Assembly (NCBI RefSeq): GCF_009914755.1
Contig: NC_060930.1
DNA: 64,000 bases
Strand: one strand, 5' to 3'
Origin: the human T2T-CHM13v2.0 reference genome, Homo sapiens
Below are positions 12,473 to 31,801 of this stretch, one piece after another. The notes beneath the pieces were generated by a model. It saw only the letters and a program-made list of their open reading frames with translations. It made no database searches and was not told where the DNA came from. Every line of letters starts with the position of its first letter. Within the stretch, counting starts at the first letter, position 1. Position numbers and translations under genes: made by a program.

Positions 12473-12934
12473 AAGGGATTATTCTGATATTGTCAAGACT
12501 CTGATTTTGATTTTCTCAGATTCTGGTAATCTTTGTTTACATTTAGTTCCCACCCTGAACATGCATAAGCCTGATCACGAGGCTGATCACCAGGCTACTA
12601 GAGAATGTTTACGCTGCAAGTGTGAATGAAAGTTGTCTACCCTGAGGCTGTGCCCTGGTCTGAAGCACTGAATGCTCACTTTCCACCCCGTTTCATCATT
12701 TTTTCTTAACAAATTCCCTGGCAGAAGTGGTGACAATGTTTTGTTAAGAAAAAATAAAAAAGAGGCTTGGTGATATTTTGGCCAACATATTTTTCTTTCA
12801 GCATCTCGAGCTATAATTACTGTGTTGTTCCTGGGCAGAGTAAACTATATAGAGATAGAAGGTTCTATTAGGGGTACAAGGCTGTGGAAATTCCTCTTAA
12901 AGAGGAAGTGAGCAATAATTTACATACATTTATA

Positions 12935-13141
12935 GAGTAGTGCCCTCTTATCTGCAGTTTTGCTTTCCATGGTTTCAGTTACTCACGGTCAACTGCAGTC
13001 TGAAAATATTACATGGAAAGTTACAAAAATATTGCCTAAGTCTTAAATTGCGTGTCATTCTGAGACACGGGATGAAATCTCTTGCTGTTTTCCTTGGTTC
13101 CTCTTGGGAATTATATCTTCCCTTTGTCTAAACCAGTAATC

Positions 13142-13201
<60 letters not shown>

Positions 13202-13760
13202 CCAGCAGAGTCTTCATAGGACAGGATAAACCTAGGAAGCTATAGACACCATCACTTAGTAGTCATTTGGGTTATCAGACTGTTGCAACATCCCAGTGCT
13301 GTGTTTGTCACCTTTATTTTACTTAATAATGGCCCCAAAGTGAAAGAGTAATGATACTGGCCATTGAGACATGCCAAAGAGAAGCCAAAGAGAAGTGCTT
13401 CTTTTAAGTGAAAAGACAAAAGTTTTTTGACTTAGTTACAAAAAAAAATTGGCATGCCAAGGTTGCTAAGATCTATAGTGAGAACAAATCTTCTATCTGT
13501 GAAATTATGAAGAATAAAAGAAAAATATTTGTACTAGTTTTGCTGTCCCACCTCAAACTGGAAGGGTCCGGAAAAGGAGTGTGCTAAATGCTTAGTTAAG
13601 GATTAAAAGAATTAAAATTAAATTTGTGCTTGGAAGACATGCATGGAAGACATGTCAATTAGAACAGAAAACATGTTCTAATTGACAGCCTATTCTCTGT
13701 AGTCTCCAGCATCCACTGGAGCTCTGGGAACATATTCTCCCAAGATAAGGGAGGACTACT
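12935..13760 (+). mobile_element. MER44 (Tigger7-derived) DNA transposon, MER44C/D length
   Basis: 5' AGTAGTGCCCTCTTATCTGCAGTTTTGCTTTCCATGGTTTCAGTTAC and 3' GCATCCACTGGAG...GATAAGGGAGGACTACT TIRs. Confidence 0.88.
13141..13200. repeat. Compound microsatellite (CAA)10(CA)15
   Basis: Read directly from the sequence. Confidence 0.95.
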
Positions 13761-16234
13761 TCGTGTGTGTTGTAACAATGTTACAATAAGCTAATACAAT
13801 GACACAGTATTAAAGTTGAAATATTTTGTAGGAAGTTTATGGGCATGTAACAAGATGTGAACACTTGGAATTGCAAAGAATTATAATGTATTGAGAACAA
13901 ATATAGCTTTGCTTCCATGACATAGGATTTTACCATCCTACAAAGATTCTGCTTCTTGTGTATGTTTATGTGCTGTTATTGTTGTTAATTACTAGGTTCA
14001 GATGAGGAATAGTTGTACCCTTAGACGAAATGACCTTGGATGTATATCTTTTTTGCTGCTTTAAAAAAGTAGAAGATGAAACAACAGTTAATTTTCTCCT
14101 GGTCTTTTTTGACGTACATTTAAAACAAAATCCCTTTCAGCCTTTATTTTTTCAGAATTCTTGCATAAGTGGAATCCTCAGACACAGCTGTTTGGGCTCA
14201 CCCTTGCTGATTTGGGAGGCAAGTTAATTCTTTGAAGACATTCTGCTGATGTTAGGGGAACAGAGCTCAAGTCATTTGGGCAGAGGAGATGAGAGATACC
14301 GAATTAGATTACTTGATAGGTCCGAGGACTCTCCTTTTCCTCATATGACTTGTAAGCATTGAAACATTTATAGAGCACAAAGGACAGAGGGACGATGAAA
14401 AGCCTAAGATGATGAGATACATAAAACGGTGAGAAGAAATTCACTCAGGGAAGTAGAGAGAAAGGCCAAAGTAAAATTAGCAAGCATGTGAAGGGGACAA
14501 AGTGTGAGGAAAGATAGACAGAGAGGGATAATGGTTCACAGACAGGAAGATGAGTGTTTGCCGAGACAAATATGGGCTTCAATGGGTAAAGGAGTTTTCT
14601 GAGTTTTTGTAGTGATTTTTCCCCCCGCGAGATCAGCAGAGGCCTGGCACAAAGGTTTCAATTTACTGTGCAAAGGCCACTGTCACTTCCTAGCTTTTGC
14701 CCTGGCATTTGCCACCTTCCCTGTGGGAGTTGTCAGCTCAGGTAATGCCTACTGAATATCCTAATTACTGTCATTTTATCCGTGGCTCACTTTAGGGTCC
14801 AGGAGAAACAATATGGAAACCAGTAAAGCTTTTTTTCAACATGTAGGCAGAACCTGCCTGCCCTTATGTAAAAGTCACTCAAGCAGTACTTCATGCATTG
14901 TTACATGTTCTCACCAAATTACTGTTTCTTTGATTTTGGCTTTAAGTTCTCTACTTTCAGTAGCATCACTGCCTTTATCATATTCTGAATCTTTATAGCT
15001 TCTCCATCATTTATTTCTCCTAAATTTCCGTATAGATAAAGCAGTCTTCTAAAGCGATGTTTACTATGGCTATAGATGAATAGCCCCCTTTTCTGTTAAA
15101 TGAGCTGAAGTAAAGGAGAAAAAAAATGAAAATTTCCCTTCTATTTCCATTAACAAATGAACTTGCAGCAAGTCTGAGTGTTGAGTTTAAAAAAAAAAAA
15201 AAAAAAAAACATTTCCCCCTTTCCCCAAGTAACTCAATGTTTTTCCAGCAGTGAGGAAAATGAGTTATGCACACAACTGTTCAAAGTTACCTCATCACAT
15301 CAGAATCAGAAGGGGGTGGGGAAAGGAATTATTTTGCTGTGAATAACCAGGAAGTGCATTTTTGCAGGCAACAGTTCAGGATGAAAACTATAACTGCAAA
15401 TTAGTTGGTTTTAGAAAAAATGTAAAAAAGAAAATGTTGAGTTACTTGTAGAGATAAGGTTGTAACTGTGTTAGGTCTATTTAAAACAAGTTGAAAATAT
15501 TGCTTTTTTTATAAATTTGTTTTTCTCCAGATTATATCCATAAATTATTTCTTGAATCCAGTACATAGAAAATAACTGACTACTGATTTTTATGAAATCT
15601 ACCAATTACATTCTTTAATTACTTTGTTTTACTCCTCCCCCTGATTTCTGAACACAAAGAATATTTATTTTGCCTTTTAGATTCACTTCTAGTTTAACTG
15701 CTTGCTTCATGATGCCCTAACAGACTTAAAGTGTGACTGTTGACTCAGCTTCACCTGAACCGAACATCCAACTATAGGTGTAATTAAAAATGTTGAATGG
15801 CATCAAGTCAAATTGGGAAAAATTATTCAGTTTATGGCAGAGGGAAGTAAAAACCCTCTTAGGAAAATAGGTAAACTTCAAAACCAGTCCCTTAGACTTC
15901 AATTCAGAGAAGGGTGTTTTTCAAACCTTTTAATTTCACTCGAATGCCTTGTATGTCAATGAAACGTGATATTCTTTTTAAGAGCATTAGGTTGAATATA
16001 AAGAAACTTTTAAACTCTCCAGGGAGTCCTTTCATTAGGGGTTCTTTTTACAACATCTGGCTAGTGATTTCTAACAGGCTGAAATTAGTGTCTTTTTCTT
16101 TTCAATTTTCTATGCTAAAACTATTAGGAAGATTGCCTGTGGTCTAGAAAACTAAACAAAACCCATACTACACGTCCTTCTTAATATGTCCTTTGTCATA
16201 CATGTGGAATATAAGGGCAATTTTTATGCCCTGA

Positions 16235-16628
<394 letters not shown>

Positions 16629-17420
16629 AATTATGTAACGGTATTAAAGTCTACTTTCTTAGAGGATTTCTATCTAAGGTCTACAAAGATGTAGGTAGAA
16701 AGGTTGACAGAGAGCTACAGAAAGAGTAGGCAGCAGAGGGCACGGGGCAAAAGACAACAGAAGTATTCAGTAGTCAGAATAGTCTCTTTTACCAGAGAGA
16801 GGTTAGGAAGCTGTGGCAGAAAGAGGAAAAACAGAAGTAGGAGGAAAAGAATAGATAAGTCCGTATAATAATGAATCATTGGAATACAGAACAATGGGAA
16901 GTATTATAAGATACATGCTTGCTACATCTCCCAAGCTCCTTTGCAGTGAGGTATGGGTCAGATGAATACATTTTAGCCAGTTGAATCTAAACAGAAATGT
17001 CACAAGGCAACCTCTGGGGAGCTTCCTTGTAAGACAGCATGTTTAGAGTGTTAGCCTCTTCTTTCTTATGTCTTTCCCTAGCCCAGCTACCTAGATTGTA
17101 GATACTGTCATTTGGACCATGCTTGATTTGGATGGTAAGAAATAAGGAGTGTGAGTTCCTTACACTGAGGAATATTACACCAGCTTTGGATCACCTGTCA
17201 AGATATTTATTTGAGAGAGTCCTAAAATTCTATTTTGTTTACATCACTGCTCCTATCCCCCACCTCTACTCTGATTCTTTCATGTGCCCACTCCTAATTG
17301 TAAGTAATATATGTGGTTGAAGAACTGTCTAGGAAACACTACGTTTGAATAAGAGAGGACACATACAGATTTTGAGTTATTTAATGAAGATATTCCTAAA
17401 CAAAAAAGATTGAAAAATAA

Positions 17421-17812
<392 letters not shown>

Positions 17813-18069
17813 AAGAAATGCTAGCATTTTATGAGGATATTGGACTAGACAATTACTCTGTGAATTTTCTATTGTAATACAAATGATTGTAGTTGATGGA
17901 TAAATTGAGGTGTCTGCATTACTTGCTGTCTATTATAAGAATATTATAACAGAACTTTTTTAATGATGAAGGATGTCTATGGTCACTTCTTATAAATAGT
18001 TGACCATGTCTTTACCACATGACTAACTCTCTTTGATTATGCAGTTTAGATGGGTGGGCTCCCAGTCCA

Positions 18070-18239
18070 ATTTTTCCCCAAGAAATTAGAAACCAGACAA
18101 AGATGTCAACTATTTCCATGTTATCCAACATCCTAACGAGATCCTATGCAGTGTAATAAGGCAAGAAAAAATATAAATAAGGACTGTAAAGGGAGACATA
18201 AAATGTAATTTTTACATGATTGTGCACATAGGAAGTCCA

Positions 18240-18240
<1 letters not shown>
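18070..18240 (+). mobile_element. Old L1M ORF2 fragment (outermost element, left part)
   Basis: AGAAACCAGACAAAGATGTCAACTA...AACATCCTAACGAGATCCTATGCAGTGTAATAAGGCAAGAAAAA matches the degenerate TRQGCPLS...NIVLEVLA.AIRQEK region. Confidence 0.65.
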
Positions 18241-21370
<3,130 letters not shown>

Positions 21371-23446
21371 CAGACATGGATGCCCTTGCTCCACTCCTGT
21401 TCAGCATAGTGCTGGATGTCCTAGCTGGAGCAATCATTCTAAAAAAAGAAAGAAAAGGCATAGGAAGAGAGGAACTCAAGCTAATCCTTTTTGCACACTG
21501 TATGATTCTATACCTAGAAATCCCCCTTGTCTCTGCCCTCCTAGATTCATAAGCACCTTCAGCAATCTTTCAAGACACAAAATCAATGTACAAAAATCAA
21601 GAATGCATTCCTAAGCATCAAGAATGTCCAAGCTGAGAGCCAAATCAAGAATGCAATCCCATTCACAATAGCCACAAAAATAATAAAATACCTAGGAATA
21701 CAGGTAACCAGGAAAGTGAAAGATCGCTGCAAGAATTACAAAAATCTGCTCGAAGAAATCAGAGACGACACAAACAAATGGAAAAACATTCCATGCTCAT
21801 GGATAGGAAGAATCAATATCATTAAAATGGCCATACTGCCAAAGCAGTATGTATAGATTCACAGATTTATAGATTCAATGCTATTCCTATCAAACTACCA
21901 ATGATATTCCCCATAGAATTAGAAAAAAAAAACCTACTTTATAATCATATGGGACCAAAAAAGAGCCCAAACCAAGGCAATCTTAAGGGAAAAGAACAAA
22001 GCTGGAGGCATCACGTAACCTGACTTCAAACTATATTACAAGACTACAGTAACGAAAAGAGCATGATATTGGTACCAAAACAGACACAAACTAATGGGAC
22101 AGAATAGAGAACCCTGAAATAAAGTAGGCCTACATACCTACAACCATCTGATCTTTGACAAAGTTGACAAAAACAAGCAATGGGGAAAGGACTCTCTATT
22201 CAATAAATGCTGCTGGGATAACTGGCTAGCCATATGCAGAAAATTGAAAAGTTACGCCTTCCATACACCATATGCAAAAATCAACTCAAGATGGCTTAAA
22301 GACTTAAATGTAAAATCGATAACTACAAAAATCCTGGAAGATAACATAGGAAATACCACTTTGAACATAGGACCTGGCAGAGATTTTGTGATGAAGACAA
22401 CAAAAGCAATCTTAACACGAGCAAAAATTGACAAATGGGACCTAATTAAACTAAAGAGCTTCTGAACAGCAAAAGAAACTATCAAGAGTAAACAGACAAC
22501 TTATAGAATGGGAGGAAATATTTGCAAAATATACATCTGACAAAGGTCTAATATCCACAGTCTATAAGGAATTTAAACAAATTTACAAGCAAAAACAAAT
22601 AACTCATTAAAAAGTGGGCAAAGGACATGAATGTACACTTTTCAAAAGAAAATATATGTGGCCAAGAAGCATATGAAAAAATTCTTAACACCACTAATCA
22701 TTAGAAAAATGGAAATCAAAACCACAATGAGATACCATCCTATACCAGTCAAAATGGCTATTATTAAAAAGTCAAAAAATAACAGATACTGGTGAGGTTG
22801 CAGAGAAAAGGAACACTTATACAGTTCACTTCTGGTCGGAAAGTAAATTAGTTCAACCATTGTGAAAAGCAGTTTGTCAATTTCTCAAAGAACTTAAAAA
22901 CAGAATTACCATTCAACCCAATGATCCCATTACTGGGTATATAGTCAAAGGAATATAAATCATTCTACCATGAAGACAAATGAGTGGATATGTTCATTGC
23001 AGCAATATTGACAATAGAAAGACCTAGAATCAATCTAAATGTCCATCACCGGTGGACTGGACAAAGAAAATGTGGTACATATACACCATGGAATACTACT
23101 GAGCCATAAAAAGGAATGAGATCATGTCCTTTGCAGCAACACAGGTGGAGCTGAAGGCCGTTCTCCTAAGTAAACTAACACAGGAACGGAAAACCAACTG
23201 CCATATGTTCTCACCTATTAGTGGGAGCTAAACATTGAGTACATATGGATACAAAGAAAGGACCAATAGATAGTAGATACTAGGGCCTACTTGTTAGTGG
23301 AGAGTGGGAGGAGGGTGAGGATCAAAAAACCACCTATTGGGTGTTGCTGATGAAATAATCTGTACACCAAACTGTCACAACATACAATTTACCTATATGA
23401 CACCTGCATGGGTACCACTAAATGTAAAATAAAAGTGAAAAAAAAA
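21371..23446 (+). mobile_element. L1PA15/16-like, 5'-truncated (ORF2 3' half, 3'UTR, poly-A)
   Basis: Well-preserved ORF2 ([30 protein letters not shown]); 3'UTR GGGAGCTAAACATTGAGTACATATGG ... AAAATAAAAGT followed by an A run. Confidence 0.92.
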
Positions 23447-23979
23447 CCAGATTAAAAAAATGTAAGAGCAAATAGGACACTATTTAAAATAGTACCAAGG
23501 GCTATATAAAATATTTAGAGCTAAGCTATGTAAAGTAACATATAACTAACTGAGTGTGACAAATTAAATTCTGTCCAACCCAAGGTAAAAAAAAACAAAA
23601 AACAACAATGAGCAAGACTTAGACACTTTCTAACAGAAGATATAAAAATGATTGATACACACATGATGAGATACTTAATATCTATATTAATCTGGGAAAT
23701 TTAAATGAAAATCAAACTAATACCATTATTTACTCACTATAACGACTAAAATTTAAAAGACTAACAATACCAAGTGCTGACAAAGACTAAAACTGTCTTT
23801 TGTTTCAGAGAGTGTAAAGTGATACAAACACTTTGGAAAACTTTTGGCAGTTTCTTATAAGTTAAACATAACAATTAGTAAAATCCAGCAGTTCTAGTCA
23901 AAGCTATATACACAAGAGAAATGAAAATACATGTCTTTATAAAAACTTGTACAAAAATGTTTATAGTAGATTTATTCAT
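23447..23979 (+). mobile_element. Old L1M 3' portion (host continuation)
   Basis: AATACCAAGTGCTGACAAAG, CACTTTGGAAAAC, CAAGAGAAATGAAAATACATGTC are L1 ORF2-end motifs. Confidence 0.8.
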
Positions 23980-24961
23980 TTTAGACATTGGTAACTTGTG
24001 TGTTCTCTATTTTTTTCTTGGTTAGCCCAAGTAAAGTGTTATTAATTTTATTAATGTTTTTGAGGAAGCAGCTTTTGGTTGTGTTGATTTATTCTATTAT
24101 TTTCCTGATTACAATTTCATTGATTTCTCCTCTAATTATCATTATATATTTTTTCATGCTTACTTTAGTGACTAACAAATTATCCTTTTTCTAGTTTCCC
24201 AAGGTGGAAGCTTAGGTTATTGATCTTAGAGCTTTCTTCCTTTCTAAGTTGTTTTCCACAAATTTGTGTAAGTTTTCATTAATTTAAAAATATTTTTAAT
24301 GCCTCTTGAGACTTCTGGTTTGACCCCTGGTTTATTTGAAAGTGTATTGTTTAATGTCCAATATTTGGGAATTTTCCTGCTATCTTTCTGTTATTGATTT
24401 CTACTTTAATTCCACGGTTGTCTGATAATGTATACTTTGTATTATTTCTATCCTTTTAAATGTGTTTATATGTGTTTTCTGGACTAAATGTGGTTTATCT
24501 TTGTGAATATTCCATGTGAGCTTGAGAATAATGTGTATTCTTCTGCTGTTGGAAGGAATATTCAAATTGATTGATGGTGTGTTCAGGTCAACTACATTCT
24601 TACTGATTTTCTGCCTGCTTGATCTATCAATTACTGACAGAAGGTTGTTGAAGTCTCCAAATATGATAGTGGCCTTGTCTATTTTTCCTTTCAGTCCCAT
24701 CAGTTTTTTCCTCACATACTTTGATGCTTTACTTTTAGCTGCATAGACATTTAGTATTCCTGTGTTTTCTTGGGGGAATTGACCCCTTTATCATTATGTA
24801 ATGTCCCTCTTTATCCCTGATTATTTTTCTTGTTTTGAAATACGCTTTGTCTAAAAGGTTACTTTCAATTAGTGTTAGGATGGTATGCCTTCTATCTCTT
24901 TACCTTTAACCTATCTGACTATATTTCAAATGGGTTTCTTGTAGACAATATATAACTGGGT

Positions 24962-25340
24962 TGTATTAGTCTGTTCTTGTGTCACTATAAACACCTGAGG
25001 CTGAGTAATTTTTAAAGGGAAGGGGTTTAATTGGCTCCTAGTTCTGCAGGCTGTACAGGAAGAATGTAGCACTGGCATCTACTCCTCGTAAGGGCCTCAG
25101 GTGCATCACAAGGTGAGAACGGGAGTAGGAGAGAGGGGAGGAGGTGCCAAAGACATTTAAATAACCAGATCTCATGTGGACTCAGAGCCAGAACTCACTC
25201 ATCACCAAAACGATGGCATTAAGCCATTCACGAGGGATCTGCCTCCATGATCCTGTCACTTCCCACTGGGCCCCACCTCTAACATCGTGAAGCACATTTC
25301 AACATGAGATTTGGAGGGTACAAACATTCAAGCTATATCA
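24962..25340 (-). mobile_element. MaLR LTR (MSTB/MSTA-like)
   Basis: TGTATTAGTCTGTTCTTG ... ATTCAAGCTATATCA, GGTTTAATTGGCTC, 5-bp TSD TGGGT / TAGGT. Confidence 0.9.
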
Positions 25341-25413
25341 TAGGTCTTGATTTTTTCAATGTCTCTGACAATCTCTTTGTTTTAACTGGCATATTTAGAA
25401 TATTCACATTTAA

Positions 25414-25731
<318 letters not shown>

Positions 25732-27858
25732 GATATATTTTTATTATATAAGTGATGTTTGTAACTATTCTCTATCTGTGGCCAGAAGGTTTTTTTTTTT
25801 TTTAATCTTCTCTGATTTTAACTGACATATAGAATGATTCCATTATGTCTCCTCTTTCAGTGGAACAATTATAATTTTTTCCAAAAAACATTAGTGGTTC
25901 CTCTGGAGTTTACAATATACATCTTTAACTAATGTAAATTTATTTTCAAGTAACACTATACCTTTTCATCTGTGGAACAAGTACCTTATAAAAGAGTATT
26001 TCCAATTATTGCCTTCTGTCCCTTGCAGCATTGTCGTCTTTTGTTTTACTTATTCACATTATATAATCACTAATGCAGTGGTACCATTATTGATTTAAAC
26101 AGTTATCTTTCAGATTAATTAAAATAAGAAAAGTAAATAATATATTTTAGTCTACTTTTATTTATTCCTTTTCCAGTGTTTTTTCTTTCTTTATGTACAT
26201 CCAAATTTCTAACTACATAATTTCCTTTTGTTTCAAGAATTTCCTTTTAAGTTTCTTTCAGGGCAGGTCTGCTGGTAACAAATTCCCTCAGATTTTTGTT
26301 TATCTGAGAGTATTTTTATTTTTCCTTTACATATGAAGGATAATTTTGCTGAATATAGAATTCTAGGTTGGTGTTTTTTTCTTTCAACATTTACAATGTT
26401 TTACTTTACCCTCCTCTTGCTTTGATGGTTTTTGTAAAGAAGTTCACTATAATTCTTGTATCCATGTAGGTGAGGTTCCTCACTCACCATCTGGGTTCTT
26501 CATGATTTTTTTTTTTGGCTTTAAATATGATGTCTCTAGGTGTGAGGTTTTATTGTTGTTGTTATTGTTACTTATCCTGCTTGTTGTTCTCTCAGCTTCC
26601 TTAATTTGTGGTTTTATGTCTGTCATTAGTTTTGGAAAATTCTTGGCCAACATTACTTCAAATACTTATTCTGCTTTTTTCTTTTTTAAATATATTCCAG
26701 TTAAAAATGTTTCACTTTTTCATATATTCTCATAGTTCTTGCATTTTTTTCTGATTGTTTTCCTTCATTCTTTTTCTCTTTGCGTTACAATTTGGGAAGG
26801 TTATTTTGACCTATCATCAAGCTCATTGATTCTTTCTTAAACCATGTCAAATCAACTGATGAGCTTATCAGACATATTCTTTATTTTTATTACAGTGTTT
26901 TCATTCTTACATTTCTTTTTGAATTTTCATTACTCATCTAGTCTTGCAAGATCTTCTGGAGCCCTTAACATATTAATTCTAGTTATTTTAAATTCCCTGT
27001 CTAATAATTTCAACATCTGTGTGTCACATTTGAGTCTAGTTCTGATGCTTGTTTTGTCTCTTCAGAATTTTTTTTCTTGTCTTCTGGGGCACCTTGCAAT
27101 TTATTTTGAAAACCAGACATTTTATATTGGGTAATAATAAAAGAAATGTATGGATTTATGTTATGTATGAGAAATTGGGCTGTGCTTAATGTTTGCTATA
27201 GCTGTTGTTGCCAGAGTTTCAAATTATCGTAGTATGCTTGTTTTAGTCTCCTGTTGACTTTGGACTGTCCTAAGTACTCCCCATCAGAGAAAGTTTGTGT
27301 CTTACAACTCTTCCAGCCTTAATCTGCTGTTATCATACTGAGGCCTTGTTAGTGTGATGGTAAGGTGGAACATTTGATTACCTTAAGGTTAAGTCTCAGT
27401 CTTTTAGAATGCTTGTGTCTTGGTGCTGTGATATTCACAAATGTTTCCCCAGTGGTATATCTGCCCTCTCCCCCTGACATCACCTGCTTACTTTTCTGGC
27501 TATAGCATTCCCAGTCTATTTGTTTGAAGCCCTCACCCCTGTTAACTATGTTTTTTACCCCCTTAGGTGAGCCAGAAAGACTGACGAGAACTGGAGTGGG
27601 AGGAATTCCCTTCCCTAAGCAAACATAAAGCTCTGGGCTCTGGAAATGTTCCAGGTAAACAGATCTCAGCTGTGCTTTTCTGTATGTACCTATTGCCCCA
27701 GATTTTGAGGTGATCCCTGTTTGCCCTGCAATCTCAGTTCTCCAATGATCAAAGGTCATTTATTTTCAGTATTTTCAGCTTATTTTTTGTAATAATGTAA
27801 GTGACAACATCCAGTCTGTTTGTGTGTCAGAGCTGGGGCTGGAAGTCCACAGATTCAG

Positions 27859-28290
27859 AGTAGCCTTATTCATAATTTTCAAACATGGAAACAGCCAAAA
27901 TATCCCTTCACATTTGAGCAGATAAACAAGTCTTGGTAATTCCATTGAATGGAATATTACCCAGCAATAAAACATCCAACAACATTTTTATAAGTGAAAG
28001 GAATCAGACACAAAAAAGTATACTGTGTATGATTTTATTTGCATACAATTCAAGAACAGACAAAAATAATTTATTGTGATAGAAAGCAGATCAGTGGATA
28101 TCTGGGGCAAAGAATAGCAGAACTGATTGCAAAGGTGCAGTAGGGAACTTCTTGAAGCAATGAAAAATCTTGATTGTGGTCACGTTTATATGTATATAGA
28201 TATTTGTTAACATTTTCAAACTGTACACATATAGTTGATACACTTTATGTTATATAAATAATACCTTAATAAAGTTGATTTTAATTTTTG
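27859..28290 (+). mobile_element. L1ME/MD-like 3' end (host continuation)
   Basis: TTATTCATAAT...GGAAACAGCC, ATGGAATATTAC, AAGTGAAAGGAATCAGACACAAAA, ends AATAAAGTTGATTT. Confidence 0.85.
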
Positions 28291-28316
28291 AAAATGTAAC
28301 TAAAAATGGTGCTTTT

Positions 28317-30296
<1,980 letters not shown>

Positions 30297-31113
30297 ATAA
30301 TTTCCAAGATAGATATATGCACAAAATGTTAAGGGGGATAAAGAATCTAAGAGTCGGGTAGGAGAAGAGAGAGGGGCTTGAGAATGAGATTATTGATGTG
30401 GGCAGAAATCCAAAGAAATCATCCTAAAGACTTCTACTAACATTGATTTCCTGTGTAGAAGAGTCATTTAAAAATCCTTACACAGAACAGGATGAATAAA
30501 ATTGGAAATTATTATTTTGTTATCATAGAAAGTTGATATTTTCAGAGAGCTGCCAGCAATGATTTTTTTCTGCATGATCTTGGGCATCCATAGTAGTCCA
30601 GAACTTGTGAATAATATTTTTGAGAAATGCCTTTATGGGTCTACCAAAAGCTGTACATTTAACTCCCATCCATTGACTTAATCTAACCAAACTTCTTTAT
30701 TGCTACATCCTTGCCTTTTTCCAACATGAAAAGATTCAGTGTAGTTCCCAGCTTTGAGATTTGAGTACGTGCCTTTCAAATTAAAGGCATAATATTTCGT
30801 CTAAGTCTTCTTTCCTTTCTAAGGAAAACAGTATAATTAGATCAATACCAATGTTACCACTTATTTACAACATGTTTACCTCCAAAGTCCAGCTTGATTT
30901 CTTTCTCTTCCATATGTTTTCCTCTTGACTACTGCAACTCATTTAAAAACAGAGTGTGAGAAACTAAGTCTCTATGGAGTATTCGAGTTCATAATGTTGA
31001 GATGTTAACAGATCTCCATCTTCTTTAAACTTCTACGGCACTTAAGATTTTTACTTTATGAATTAGCATTTACTTCTTATATATTTCAGGGTACTTAATT
31101 TTGATTGTGTTAA

Positions 31114-31801
<688 letters not shown>

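Noticed and set aside
12500-12531. TTTTCTCAG|ATTCTG|GTAATC as a 6-nt microexon
   Set aside because: Weak donor and short, interrupted pyrimidine tract compared with the 32397 candidate.
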